A DNA stretch of 64,000 nt, taken from contig CAVZSQ010000019.1 in assembly GCA_963777955.1 (NCBI GenBank), positions 128,001 to 192,000 of the forward strand, given 5' to 3'. Under the pieces are notes generated by a model that was not told the DNA's origin, did no database searches, and saw only the letters and a program-made list of their open reading frames with translations. A program made the position numbers and the translations under genes. Below, piece after piece: positions 9,651-20,583 of this stretch (position 1 is its first letter; every line of letters starts with the position of its first letter). Source of the stretch: Calditrichia bacterium. GTDB taxonomy: Bacteria; Calditrichota; Calditrichia; JAJRVZ01.

Positions 9651-10298
9651 TCAGGCATTTTTAATCAAGATTGATTCAAGAACGTTTGATGCATCTTCAC
9701 ACTTGTCGGTTGCAGTTTCCAGACTGACGTATATCTCCTTTAATTTAATGAGCGTGATTGGATCGGTAACTTTATTGAATAAATCAGCAATAGCCCGGTC
9801 AAATATCTGGTCAGCCTGGTCTTCGTAGTCATTCACCCGTTTTAATACTTCAGTAAAAGATTCAAGATCATGTAAATCCCTCAACAATTTGACTCCCTTA
9901 GCCAGCTCGATGATTGACTTGCAGATAACATCTATCAGTGCAACCATGTTGCCCGGAATATGATCGACATGGTACAAGGAAAACCGGCCGGTGCTGGAAT
10001 TGATATAATCAAGCACATCATCCAGCGCGGAAGCCAGGTAATGGATGTCCTCCCGGTCGAACGGGGTTACAAAAGTAATATTGAGTTCATGGAATATCCG
10101 ATGGGTGATGGAATCGCCCTTGTGCTCCAGGTCTTTGATCTCCTCTACGATCGGTTCCAGTTCCTCCATATTCATCGTTGATGAAATTTTTTTCAGAACT
10201 TCCCCAACTTTAATCAGGTTTTGCGCAGATTCTTCCATCAACCGGTAAAACTTGTCGTCCTTGGGCATTAACTTTCTGATAAACTGGTCAATTTTCAT
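9651..10298 (-). CDS. DUF47/PhoU-like phosphate transport regulator
   Basis: LEHKGD, FVTPFDREDI and LETATDKCED motifs; directly upstream of pit. Confidence 0.9.
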   Translation of the reverse strand: MKIDQFIRKLMPKDDKFYRLMEESAQNLIKVGEVLKKISSTMNMEELEPIVEEIKDLEHKGDSITHRIFHELNITFVTPFDREDIHYLASALDDVLDYINSSTGRFSLYHVDHIPGNMVALIDVICKSIIELAKGVKLLRDLHDLESFTEVLKRVNDYEDQADQIFDRAIADLFNKVTDPITLIKLKEIYVSLETATDKCEDASNVLESILIKNA

Positions 10299-10403
10299 AA
10301 TTATTTAATTCTATTTAAGTTATATTTTTGGTTATCAACTTTCAGGCAAAATAAAGTTAATACAAAATATTTTAAAATACCAATGCATCTTTTCTTTTTC
10401 GAC

Positions 10404-11231
10404 TTAAAACTCGAAGCGGATACCCAGTTGTAAAATCCGGCCGCCGGATGCAGGATTCAGCGATACATTTCTCTTCGAATTGCGATGCAGTAACGGAATC
10501 ACATAACCAATAGTACTACCCACCAGCGCACCGGCCAGGATATCGGTCGGAAAATGTTTACCGCTCTCAAAACGCAGGAAACCTATGGTTGAAGCCACCA
10601 GCAGCGTACCGCTCCACAGATAAGGTTTCCATCTGGATTTGGGGAAATAATCACCGTACACGGTCGAAAGAAATACAGCTGTGGCAAAAGCAGTGGAAGT
10701 ATGACCTGAAAAAAATGAACGGCGGGCCTCTGCGCTGATCTTGTCCTGCCAGGGCGCCTGTGGATTATAAACATACGGCCGGATTCGCTGCACCCGGCCT
10801 TTCACCAGCCTGGGTAAAGCTGTTACCCATAGGGCGGTTTCCAGGGACATGATACCTACCGTGCGCCAGTCCTCCCGGATTTTCGTGGGGAGGAGTAATA
10901 GTAAACCCGCAGCACTGGTTACCTGCAGTCCGACCAGTACATCACTGATCTGTGAAATCGATTTTGAATAATTATAGGTAGCCGCTCTATCGAAAGCATT
11001 CACCTCGCGCCGGGATAGTGTGCTTATTTCCTGTTCGCTTAATGGATTTATGGAGTGCTCGGTCACTAAGGCACTGATGGCCAGGACACCACCGCTGCCG
11101 ATGATCCAGCCATCGGTGGACCAGCATGTCTGGTAAGGATTTTGTGCTGCACTTGGTAAGGCTATCCCCAGAATAATCGAACATCGCAACAATATTGTCT
11201 TTAGCCGGACCATGGGGGATATCGTGTACAT
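10404..11231 (-). CDS. PAP2 family phosphatase
   Basis: KxxxxRxRP, SFFSGH and R...GKHFPTD motifs. Confidence 0.85.
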   Translation of the reverse strand: MYTISPMVRLKTILLRCSIILGIALPSAAQNPYQTCWSTDGWIIGSGGVLAISALVTEHSINPLSEQEISTLSRREVNAFDRAATYNYSKSISQISDVLVGLQVTSAAGLLLLLPTKIREDWRTVGIMSLETALWVTALPRLVKGRVQRIRPYVYNPQAPWQDKISAEARRSFFSGHTSTAFATAVFLSTVYGDYFPKSRWKPYLWSGTLLVASTIGFLRFESGKHFPTDILAGALVGSTIGYVIPLLHRNSKRNVSLNPASGGRILQLGIRFEF

Positions 11232-11334
11232 CTTTTATTTTGCCGGGTTAATATCTTGTCGACACTTCAGTTGCAGAAAATTTAATGTTTCTTTCGAAAA
11301 TCCTGCAAACTCCGGGATGTTCAGATTTATCATT

Positions 11335-12330
11335 TTATTCCAATTCACCGTCTGTTTTGGCCGAACTCTGGTTAAGCGATTCCCTGTAATCAACGACCAG
11401 GGAGACGATAATGCCCGTACCCAGAATGACGACAATTACTAAGAGCGAGATCGGCGTGGGAATGGTAAAATAATGTGAAAGTATCATTTTAGTGCCCACA
11501 TAGGCCAGCACGAATACCAGGCTGAATTTTAAATACCGGAATTTGTTGATCATGGCCACCAGGGCAAAATAGAGCGAGCGTAATCCCAGGATGGCAAATA
11601 TATTGGAAGTGAAAACAATAAACGGATCGGTAGTTACCGCAAAAATCGCCGGAATTGAATCTATGGCAAACAGGACATCCGTACTTTCAATGACCAGCAG
11701 CACCAGGAATAAAGGGGTGATAGCCCGCCTGGTGCCGATGCGGGTAAAAAATTTTGAGCCTTCATAATCACTGGTAACCGGATAAAACTTCCTGACCAGC
11801 CGGACTAAAAAATTTTTACCCGGTTCCATCTCTTCCTGTTTGGTAAACAGCATACGCAGTGCAGTCAGTATTAACAGTCCGCCAAAAACATAAATCATCC
11901 AGGAGAAACGGTGAATCAGGGCGGTACCGGCGCCGATCATGATTCCGCGCATAATCTGGGCCCCGACAATACCCCAGAACAGCACCCGGTGTTGGTGCAA
12001 TTGAGGCACCTTGAAATAGGAAAAAATAATAGCGATAACGAATATATTATCCAGGCTCAGCGACTCTTCAATTATATAACCGGTAAAATACTCCAGAGCC
12101 GCATCAGCCCCTGATTTTATTTCTGCCTGATGTAAGCCGATGCCCAGCCAGTGATGCTCATAGGCAAAATATATAAATAGATTGAATAGTAAGGATAGGC
12201 CAATCCAGAAAGCGGTCCACAAAAGCGCTTCTCTGGGCCCGATAATGTGTTCCTTACGGTGGAAAACACCCAGGTCCAGAGACAGCAGGACCAGGATCAA
12301 TAGAATAAATGCTACCCAGAATACTGCCAT
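11335..12330 (-). CDS. TerC/Alx family membrane protein
   Basis: LSLDNIFV, QHRVLFWG, DVLFAIDSIPA and FAILGLRSLYF motifs; start placed at MAVFW. Confidence 0.9.
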   Translation of the reverse strand: MAVFWVAFILLILVLLSLDLGVFHRKEHIIGPREALLWTAFWIGLSLLFNLFIYFAYEHHWLGIGLHQAEIKSGADAALEYFTGYIIEESLSLDNIFVIAIIFSYFKVPQLHQHRVLFWGIVGAQIMRGIMIGAGTALIHRFSWMIYVFGGLLILTALRMLFTKQEEMEPGKNFLVRLVRKFYPVTSDYEGSKFFTRIGTRRAITPLFLVLLVIESTDVLFAIDSIPAIFAVTTDPFIVFTSNIFAILGLRSLYFALVAMINKFRYLKFSLVFVLAYVGTKMILSHYFTIPTPISLLVIVVILGTGIIVSLVVDYRESLNQSSAKTDGELE

Positions 12331-12337
12331 TACCTGC

Positions 12338-13249
12338 TTATAACTTCCACTCCCAGCTCTCGGTAGCCAGTTCGGTAGCTGGAAAGATTCCCTTGGCCTG
12401 TTTTTCGATCCGCAATAATGCTTCATCGTCATTATTCGGATCATGATGGAACAACAGCAGTTTTTTAGCTTTGGCTTTTAAGGCTAACTGACAGGCCATT
12501 TCAAAATTACTGTGTCCGAAACCCTGAACTTTCAAATATTGTTCCAGATCATACTGGGCATCATGGATCAGGACATCACACCCCTCGGCAAACTTCATCA
12601 GGCGCTGGTCGCTGCCCGCATATTGTTCGACGTCCGTGGCAAAAACCAGCGAATGACCGTTCCATTCAATACGGTAGTTATAACTGCCGTCTTTGGGATG
12701 AAAATAATATTTCATCGTACTGATTACCAGTTCGGCACCATCCGTATTGGTTCTGTTGACCGTACCCAGATGCGGCAGATGATCATCTTCGACAAAATAG
12801 ATGATCATATTTTCATTCACATTATAAAAATCTTTCTCGCTTCTGAATTCGTCCATTGATACCGGGAAATACTGCGGCTCGACTAATGTTCTTAAAATAT
12901 CTTCAAAATCCACCCCCAGGGTGGCCGGGCCGATTAAATGCAAATGAACATTGGGCATATACAAGGGAGCAAAAAATGGAAAACCCAGCAGATGGTCATT
13001 ATGCGTGTGGGTAAAAATGAGGGTGATATTGAGGGGTTCTTTGGATTTCTTGCCGTGTTCCAGTATCTCAGGTACCAACTGCCGCCCTGCTTCAATAATC
13101 CCTGAACCCGCATCAAAAAAAATGATCTGTCGTTTTGTTCTGACCATTAAACAGGTTGTATTACCCCCGATACGTGTACCCTCGCGCGGTGCTATCGGAT
13201 AACTGCCACGGACACCATATAATTTTGCCAGAAAACGATAATCCTTCAT
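12338..13249 (-). CDS. MBL-fold metallo-hydrolase (phosphodiesterase-like)
   Basis: GVRGS, DAGSG, THTHNDH, HDAQY, GHS and FHHDP motifs. Confidence 0.85.
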   Translation of the reverse strand: MKDYRFLAKLYGVRGSYPIAPREGTRIGGNTTCLMVRTKRQIIFFDAGSGIIEAGRQLVPEILEHGKKSKEPLNITLIFTHTHNDHLLGFPFFAPLYMPNVHLHLIGPATLGVDFEDILRTLVEPQYFPVSMDEFRSEKDFYNVNENMIIYFVEDDHLPHLGTVNRTNTDGAELVISTMKYYFHPKDGSYNYRIEWNGHSLVFATDVEQYAGSDQRLMKFAEGCDVLIHDAQYDLEQYLKVQGFGHSNFEMACQLALKAKAKKLLLFHHDPNNDDEALLRIEKQAKGIFPATELATESWEWKL

Positions 13250-13343
13250 AATCCCTCAAATATATGTCGTTGACCTAAAACTATATTATATGCTGGACCT
13301 GTAGTCAGTAGCCTGACCAAGAATTTCAAATTCAAGCAATGAA

Positions 13344-13895
13344 TCAAGATCCGGTTTCTATCCTTCTGATCTCATCCCGCAATTCTGCAGCCTTTTCATA
13401 TTCTTCATCTTCGACCGCTTTTTGAAGATCTTTCTTCAATTTATCCACTTTGCTGGTAGCAGTATTCAGAGGATGCTGTTTGTCTTCTTTTTCCAAATGG
13501 GTCGGATCAAAAGCGCCCATATTCATAACCTCTTCTTCGACAAAAATCGGAATCATCCCGCGTACCGCCATGGCAATTGCATCGCTGGGCCGGGCATCGA
13601 TATCCCAGCTTTCCAGGTTTTTGCGTAAACGGATAATGGCATAATAAGTATTATTCTTTAATTCGGTAATCAACACGCTGTCAATTTTAATACCCACGCT
13701 ATCTAAAATATTCATGGCCAGATCGTGGGTGATCGGCCGGGGAGGTTTTATATTTTCCAGACCTAATGCAATCGACTGGGCTTCATATTCACCAATGACT
13801 ATGGGCAGAGTACGATCCCCGTTTTTTTCTTTCAGGATAATACCGCTCGCTTGTGACTGTGTCAAAAATATACCGTTAACACTAACTTCAATCAT
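13344..13895 (-). CDS. Bifunctional nuclease (DUF151) with C-terminal UVR domain
   Basis: LPIVIGEYEA, RPITHDL, DARPSDAIA and EEYEKAAELRDEI motifs. Confidence 0.88.
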   Translation of the reverse strand: MIEVSVNGIFLTQSQASGIILKEKNGDRTLPIVIGEYEAQSIALGLENIKPPRPITHDLAMNILDSVGIKIDSVLITELKNNTYYAIIRLRKNLESWDIDARPSDAIAMAVRGMIPIFVEEEVMNMGAFDPTHLEKEDKQHPLNTATSKVDKLKKDLQKAVEDEEYEKAAELRDEIRRIETGS

Positions 13896-13918
13896 GACAC
13901 ACACAACCCCGCTTCAAA

Positions 13919-14140
13919 TTAGACCGCTTCAACAGAAGATACTTCCGGTACCTGTGTTTTAATGATTCGCTCAATTCCCTGCTGCAGCGTTATTTTAGAC
14001 ATCGGGCAATCCCCGCAGGTTCCGGTCAGCCGCAGCAATACTTTACCGTTTGCATCAATTTCTACCAATTCAACATCGCCACCATCCGCCTGTAATCCCG
14101 GCCGTACACTTTCCAGTGCCCGCAGAATTCTATCCTTCAT
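13919..14140 (-). CDS. NifU-C/Nfu family Fe-S carrier
   Basis: VRPGLQADGGDVEL and GTCGDCPMS (CxxC). Confidence 0.88.
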   Translation of the reverse strand: MKDRILRALESVRPGLQADGGDVELVEIDANGKVLLRLTGTCGDCPMSKITLQQGIERIIKTQVPEVSSVEAV

Positions 14141-14458
14141 TCAAAAGCCTCTTTTCCTTATATACATAACTATATGAAAATTAAAAATTTTTACCTTAAA
14201 GTCAATGCATTTTTTAATATAAAATCGGTACTTCAAAACCGCCGGACAAATCACCAATTACCAAACTTCCATATTCCAGCTTTTGACTACACATTAAAAC
14301 TGAATTATATCATTTTTCCTTCCCCGGAGCTGATTCCCTCTTCTGATCATGTTAACTAAAATCATTATTGAACTGTATTTACATCACCTATAAATTATTG
14401 GCCGGAATTCTGAATGACTTTGAATTGTCTGGATTTATGAACAAAACGGAAATGTCCC

Positions 14459-15830
14459 ATGATTAATCCGCATATTTTTCGTGAATACGATATTCGCGGC
14501 GTGGTAGACCGTGATTTGAACGATGAAGTGGTCTACCAATTAGCACAGGGATTCGGTACCTACCTGCGGCAGCAGCAATTAAAAAAAATCTCGCTGGGCG
14601 GTGATGTCCGCCTTTCCACGGAACGGTTTCGCGGCATACTGATCAAAGGATTCAGGCAGGTCGGCATCGATGTGATCGACATCGGTATCGTGCCGACTCC
14701 GGTGCAGTATTACAGTATGTATAATTTGCCGGTTGACGGCGGCCTGATGATCACCGGCAGCCATAATCCGGCAGAATATAATGGTTTTAAATTGACGGTT
14801 CAGAATGCTCCTGTTTACGGGGCTGAAATTCAGAAAATTAAACTGATTATCGAGGCGGGAAAATTTGCCTCCGGCCAGGGCACAGTCGAAAAGACAAATC
14901 TGATCCCGGCCTATATCGAGCATATAAAAAAAGATATAAAGATAAAAAAGAAACTAAAAGTCGTACTGGACTCGGGGAATGGTGCCGCGGCTCTGGTGGC
15001 CCACCGCTTATTCAAAGAACTGGGAGTGGAAACTGTTGACCTGTTCGACACACCTGACGGCCGTTTCCCCAATCATCACCCTGATCCGACTGTGCTGGAA
15101 TACCTGCATGACTTGATCGAATCCGTTCGAGCAGACCCACGCCGATCTGGGCATCGCTTATGACGGTGACGGCGACCGTCTGGGAGTTATCGATGAACAC
15201 AGCCAGGTGATCTGGGGCGACCGCCTGTTGATCATTTTTAGCCGCGATATTATCCGGCGTCAGCCCGGAGCAAAAGTTATCTTTGAAGTAAAATGCTCGC
15301 AGGCCTTGCCGGAAATGATTGAAAAATTTGGGGGTCAACCAATCATGTGGAAAACCGGTCATTCCCTGCTGAAGAAAAAAATGAAAGAGACCGGAGCACC
15401 CCTGGCCGGGGAGATGAGCGGACATTTATTTTTTGCCGACCGTTATTATGGTTATGATGATGCTATTTATGCGTCAGCCCGACTGGTAGAGTTGCTCTCC
15501 CATGGTTCCAATCCATTATCCGCCCTGCTCTCGGATGTTCCGCAATATTTTTCGACTCCGGAAATCAGGGTGGACACGGTCAATGATGAAGAGAAATTCA
15601 AAATAGCGCAACAGGCCAGGGATTATTTTTCAACCCGCTATGAGGTTATTGCTATAGATGGAGTACGCATTCTGTTTGGCGATGGCTGGGGACTGGTACG
15701 GGCTTCCAATACGCAGCCGGTACTGGTTTTACGGTTTGAAGCAAGGTCAGCTCAACGCCTGGAAGAGATTAAAAATATGGTCATATCCAAACTAAAAGAA
15801 TTTGGCAAAATAGAGATCAAGAAGTCATGA
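14459..15830 (+). CDS. Phosphomannomutase/phosphoglucomutase (AlgC-like); one frameshift near 15140
   Basis: FREYDIRG, TGSHNP, DGDGDR (shifted frame), GEMSGH and RASNT motifs. Confidence 0.9.
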
Positions 15831-16621
15831 TCGAAATCGCTAAACAGGCTGCCCTGTCCGCAGTGACCATACTTATGGAAAATTTCAGGAAGATCACTGC
15901 CGATCACATCCGCGTCAAAAGAAAAAACGACTTTTTGACCCATGTGGATGAAAGTTCCGAGCATGAGATTATCCGCATCCTGCATCAGGCTTTTCCGGAT
16001 CATGCCATCCTGGCCGAAGAGAGCGGTTTAAAAGATATCGCCGGCGAATACCGCTGGATCATCGATCCTCTGGACGGTACCAAGAATTATATTTCCGGGA
16101 TACCGGTTTTTTCTATCTCTATTGCCCTGCAATTTAAAAAACAGGTCATCCTGGGAGTAGTGTACGATCCCATTCATCAGGAACTTTTTTCGGCGGAAAG
16201 AAACAAGGGAGCCTGCCTGAACGGCCAACCCATACAGGTCAGTCAGACCGGTCATCTGGAGGATTGCTTATTCGCCACCGGTTTTCCGTTCAAATTTAAA
16301 AGTTTTCTGCCGGCATATATGGATTGTTTCGAAGACCTGTTCCGGCACATTACCAGTGCCAGAAGAATGGGCAGTGCCGCCATCGATCTGGCCTATGTTG
16401 CAGCCGGCCGTTTCGAAGCCTTTTGGGAACTCGGCCTCAATCCCTGGGATTGTGCGGCAGGATCGCTGCTGGTCGAAGAAGCAGGTGGAACGGTAACCGA
16501 TTTCTGGGGTCATGAACATTTCTTAGAAAATTCTTATATTGTTGCCAGTAATGGCAGGATTCACGCAGCTGCCCTGGCTATTATTCAGAAACATTTTCCC
16601 GGATATAAAAAAGTAGAATAA
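15827..16621 (+). CDS. suhB: Inositol monophosphatase family protein
   Basis: WIIDPLDGT, GSAAIDL and WDCAAG motifs. Confidence 0.85.
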   Translation: MIEIAKQAALSAVTILMENFRKITADHIRVKRKNDFLTHVDESSEHEIIRILHQAFPDHAILAEESGLKDIAGEYRWIIDPLDGTKNYISGIPVFSISIALQFKKQVILGVVYDPIHQELFSAERNKGACLNGQPIQVSQTGHLEDCLFATGFPFKFKSFLPAYMDCFEDLFRHITSARRMGSAAIDLAYVAAGRFEAFWELGLNPWDCAAGSLLVEEAGGTVTDFWGHEHFLENSYIVASNGRIHAAALAIIQKHFPGYKKVE

Positions 16622-16632
16622 AGGAAACACTG

Positions 16633-17679
16633 ATGAAAACAACCCGTCTCAATAATACCGGCCAAACCAGAGGTGAATTATGCCTGATGAGTTGTGCCTC
16701 CGGATTACCGCTGGCCCGGCGGATTCTGAATAATCTGAACAAGATTATGAAGCAGGAAAAACAATCGGGTGGATTGGAAATCATACGGTCCGAAGAGATA
16801 ACCTTCGCTAACGGAGAAATAAAAACCATTATTAAAGATAACATCCGCGGTGCGGATCTGTATATTGTACAGGCCATCGACGATCCACAATCCCCTAAAA
16901 GTATCAATGATAATTTACTGGCCCTGCTGACGGCCATCAACGCAGCTTACCAGTCCGACGCCGATTCGATCACCGTGATCAGTCCGCAATTCCCTTATTC
17001 CCGGCAGGAACGGAAAAAAACCAGGGAAGGTATCACCGCCAAACAAATTGCTGCCTTCATGGAGATGTCGGGAGCCAACCGCGTGATCACTCTGGATATT
17101 CATGCCGAAGCCATTCAGGGTTTTTTCAACCGCACCCGGCTGGAAGATCTGCATGCTTCCAATCCCCTGATTGGTTATATCCGCAAGCATTTCCCCACAA
17201 ATAACATGGTGGTGGCTGCCGCCGATGTCGGCAGTGCCGAAAAAGCACGCTATTATTCCCAGCGCCTACAGACCGATTTTGCTATTGTCGATAAAGCCCG
17301 CGATTACTCTAAAAGCAGCGTCATCGAGAGCATGCGGCTGGTGGGGAATGTGCGCGATAAGGATATACTTATCCCCGATGACATGATCGGTACAGGCGGG
17401 ACCATTGTCAATGCCGCCAAACTGCTGCGACTTCATCACGCCCGGGATATCTATGCTGCCTGCAGCCTGCCCTTTTTCAATCCCCCGGCCCTGGATGTGC
17501 TGCAGGAAGCCTTCGGCAGAGGAGAGATTAAACGTGTAATCGGAACTGATGCGGTATTCTGGGGTGACGACTTTATCAAAAAAACGCCGTGGTATGTTGA
17601 GGTATCTATTGCGCCGCTGTTCGCTCAGGTGATTTATAATATTAATACCAAGAGGTCGGTGTCGGCGTTATTAAAGTAG
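16633..17679 (+). CDS. prs: Ribose-phosphate pyrophosphokinase
   Basis: FANGEI, YSRQER, LDIHA and DDMIGTGGT PRPP motif. Confidence 0.9.
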   Translation: MKTTRLNNTGQTRGELCLMSCASGLPLARRILNNLNKIMKQEKQSGGLEIIRSEEITFANGEIKTIIKDNIRGADLYIVQAIDDPQSPKSINDNLLALLTAINAAYQSDADSITVISPQFPYSRQERKKTREGITAKQIAAFMEMSGANRVITLDIHAEAIQGFFNRTRLEDLHASNPLIGYIRKHFPTNNMVVAAADVGSAEKARYYSQRLQTDFAIVDKARDYSKSSVIESMRLVGNVRDKDILIPDDMIGTGGTIVNAAKLLRLHHARDIYAACSLPFFNPPALDVLQEAFGRGEIKRVIGTDAVFWGDDFIKKTPWYVEVSIAPLFAQVIYNINTKRSVSALLK

Positions 17680-17729
17680 GGGCAGGTCGCGACCTGCCCC
17701 TACAAAGTGGCGATTCATGAATCGCCACT
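17676..17729. repeat. GTAG-type REP palindrome plus a second palindrome between convergent genes
   Basis: Perfect GTAGGGGCAGGTCGCGACCTGCCCCTAC (17676-17703) and AGTGGCGATTCATGAATCGCCACT (17706-17729). Confidence 0.8.
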
Positions 17730-17730
17730 G

Positions 17731-18576
17731 CTAATTCAAATCTATATACCCATTAATATGCTTACTCTTATCGATAATGTGATTATCCGCGTCAACGACA
17801 GCACCATGACAGTTATTGCAACTTGCTTCGACATCGATGTGCCCCATCGGCGGCAGTAAATGGCAACTACCGCAGACCGCCTGACCTGATCCGGCTTGTG
17901 TCCAGTCCATTTCCTGATTATTGCCCAGCATAGCATCGGTTTCATAGAAATCCGGATTGGCACTGGCTGATTTTCTAAAGATAAAATTCCCATGACAATA
18001 GGTATTACTGCAGGATGCCGTAGCATGATCCCAGCGCGGGGATATCTTGCCCTGCCAGCTGGCCATTCCGCCAAATTGTACGTTAATCCCTTCCTGTTTA
18101 TCAATATGATCAGGATCATCAAAACCGGTGAGTGTGGATGACACAGATCACAAGTTCCGGGTGTAGGCTGTGCTCCAGGTATCGCCGCTGAGGTGAATCT
18201 GATGTGCACCCACACCGATTGCCGTTGTAACCGTATCCCCCATCAAATCCTGCGGAGGAGCCCAGGAAGTGAGGGCCAAAACCGAGGCATTACTATTACC
18301 GTGACAGAGGTTGCATGCTTCCATGCCAGCCGTTTCGCTGTGACAGGCATAACAGGAAGCACCGCTGGAACCACCCCGGTAATCGCTGCCATGGCAGGTG
18401 ATACAGGATTCATAGCCGGCGGCCTTGACTTTATTGCCATGGAATTCCGCTGAACTGAGCGTATTCCAGTCCGCCGGATGAGTGACACTGGGGGGGGGTG
18501 TTATTTCTTCGGTACAGGACCAGATCAGTACCACTAAGAAAAGACTGGCAAAAATAATTAATGCTTTCACAGTCAA
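17731..18576 (-). CDS. Multiheme c-type cytochrome lipoprotein with CxxxxCH/CxxCH domain (about 7 hemes); interrupted by compensating indels near 18150
   Basis: LIWSC lipobox-like signal; CITCH, CYACH, CNLCH, CDLCH (shifted frame), CSNTYCH, CGSCH, CNNCH. Confidence 0.8.
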
Positions 18577-18669
18577 ACCTCGCTTATATAATTTAATGAT
18601 TTTGAATTATTTTCAAAAAAATTCAAAAGATAACCTCACAAACTTTGATTGCGATCTTTATCATTCTGC

Positions 18670-20583
18670 TCAGTTTGTTTTTGTATAAGCCGTATATTCT
18701 TCCGGATGATGATGCCGGAGATCTTCCTCGCTGATTTTACCGTCCAGCCAGGTCAGGTTCATGGGATATTTTTCCGGATGATAAATTACAAAGAACCAGT
18801 GCCAGATAAATATAGCCAGGGTGGCCAGCCAGGCTTCGAAATAATGGATAACTTCGGATGTTTCAAACATCCAGGTCGGCAGATAGTTCATAAAAAATTC
18901 AGGAAACCATAATACCAGACCGGTGAAGGCCATCACCGCAGTACCCCAGATCAAAGCCAGATATTCTGCTTTTTCGGTATAATCCCAGCGGCCGAAGCGG
19001 GGACGGTGCTCAGAGAAACCCAGATAATATTTCATATTCTGCCAGAATCCGGTAACATCGGAAATTTGCGGACGTAAGGCCGATATTTCCTTTCTGCCCT
19101 GGCGATGAAATAAGAAATAAACCAGTTGAATCAGCGATATACTTATCAGTATAACCGCGCCGATCCGGTGCAGTACTGAGCGCAGAGACTCGGTCATTCC
19201 GGCAGAAACCAGTAAACGTACCCAACCGGCATCAGGAAATTTTAGGGCAAAACCTGTTATCACCAGAATAAAAAAACTGAAGATCAGTAAAAAATGCTGG
19301 TACACTTCAAAAGAGCGAAAACGCTGGTATAAACGGTCCTGTTTGCGGGCCTGCCGTTTTTTACGTATATAACTTACCAGGATAATCAGGTTATGCAGAA
19401 CCATGCTGCCGACAATGACAATAATCAGCCACATATAGACGGTTCGTGCATAAAAAGTTACCGGATTACGTTCGGCCAGATTCTTGGGATGTACAGCAAT
19501 ACTGCTGAATTCCTGGCTGATGTTATCATGACACTTGCTGCAGGTTTTTTTCAGATTAGCCGGATTCACACTCGACTCAACCGAGGATTGCTCGCGGATC
19601 GCATGGGTCTCATGGCAACTGGTGCAGTTGGCGGCATCGACAGATCCTTTTAATATAGCCAGACCGTGATAGGTCCGGTTATAGGAAGCGAAGCGCTCGG
19701 CATCTAATCCGAAGCGCGCCATCATTGCCGGCGAAGAATGACATTTGGCGCAGATCTGCGAGGATAAATTCAGACGGTTGGTAATCGCGTCAATTTCCTG
19801 AGGCGACTGAATTTTATGTTCCCCGTGGCAATCATTGCAGGTGGGCGATTCAAAATGACCGCGTTGTACGGCCCGCCAGTGGATACTCTGCAAATATTCC
19901 GCCTTCACCTGCTGATGACAATGACCGCAGGTTTCGCTGCGGTTTAATTTGTTAAAACTGGAGCGCGGATCGGACATTATATAAATGGCGTGAGAACCAT
20001 GACAGTTGGTACAAGTGGGTGCGCCGCGGGCTGGATCTTCGCGCAGGATCCTGGCATGCACACTCTGCTGATAACCGGCCACCGGTCCATCCCCCTGGTA
20101 ACCCAGATATTCAATTACCCGCGGATCCAGATGGCATTTACCGCAGGTAACAGCCATGTTCAGGGGATAGATTGTGGATGCAGAATCAGCAGCCGGCAGC
20201 ATATAATGACTGCCGTGGCAATCCTTGCACTGGGCCGGAGATATATTTTTTCCCCCTGCCGAAGTAGCATGGATACTCCCGGCATATACTTGTTGTACAT
20301 CCTCATGACAACTGCTGCAGTTGACCGGGGGTAATTCCGATTCATGTTCGGGACTCTTGACAGTACTGTGGCAATCCACACAATTGAATCCGCCATGAAT
20401 CGATTTTTCGTATTTGCCCTGATCTACATATAAGGAGATTTCGGTACTATCATCGATACTTTTAGACAGACCCGAGTCGGCATGACATTGTAAACAATCT
20501 TCAACTGATTGGCCGTAGACAAATGCCGTTGAGAATAATCCGCAAATAAATATGAACCGCTTGATTTTTAACCTCCTAATCAT
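18670..20583 (-). CDS. CbcL-like quinol oxidoreductase: 11-heme periplasmic domain fused to a cytochrome b membrane domain
   Basis: 11 CxxCH motifs, then TM helices with His ligands (YQH, LHR, IHY, WHW) and a YTEKAEY-type motif. Confidence 0.82.
   Translation of the reverse strand: MIRRLKIKRFIFICGLFSTAFVYGQSVEDCLQCHADSGLSKSIDDSTEISLYVDQGKYEKSIHGGFNCVDCHSTVKSPEHESELPPVNCSSCHEDVQQVYAGSIHATSAGGKNISPAQCKDCHGSHYMLPAADSASTIYPLNMAVTCGKCHLDPRVIEYLGYQGDGPVAGYQQSVHARILREDPARGAPTCTNCHGSHAIYIMSDPRSSFNKLNRSETCGHCHQQVKAEYLQSIHWRAVQRGHFESPTCNDCHGEHKIQSPQEIDAITNRLNLSSQICAKCHSSPAMMARFGLDAERFASYNRTYHGLAILKGSVDAANCTSCHETHAIREQSSVESSVNPANLKKTCSKCHDNISQEFSSIAVHPKNLAERNPVTFYARTVYMWLIIVIVGSMVLHNLIILVSYIRKKRQARKQDRLYQRFRSFEVYQHFLLIFSFFILVITGFALKFPDAGWVRLLVSAGMTESLRSVLHRIGAVILISISLIQLVYFLFHRQGRKEISALRPQISDVTGFWQNMKYYLGFSEHRPRFGRWDYTEKAEYLALIWGTAVMAFTGLVLWFPEFFMNYLPTWMFETSEVIHYFEAWLATLAIFIWHWFFVIYHPEKYPMNLTWLDGKISEEDLRHHHPEEYTAYTKTN

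Noticed and set aside
12331..12444. Longer TerC N-terminus or a yybP-ykoY riboswitch
   Set aside because: The region is the coding end of the upstream MBL hydrolase; only 7 bp are intergenic
18148..18150. In-frame TGA between two same-frame cytochrome ORFs, suggesting selenocysteine or readthrough
   Set aside because: A complete CDLCH heme motif sits in the +1 frame across this exact spot, so two compensating indels explain it better
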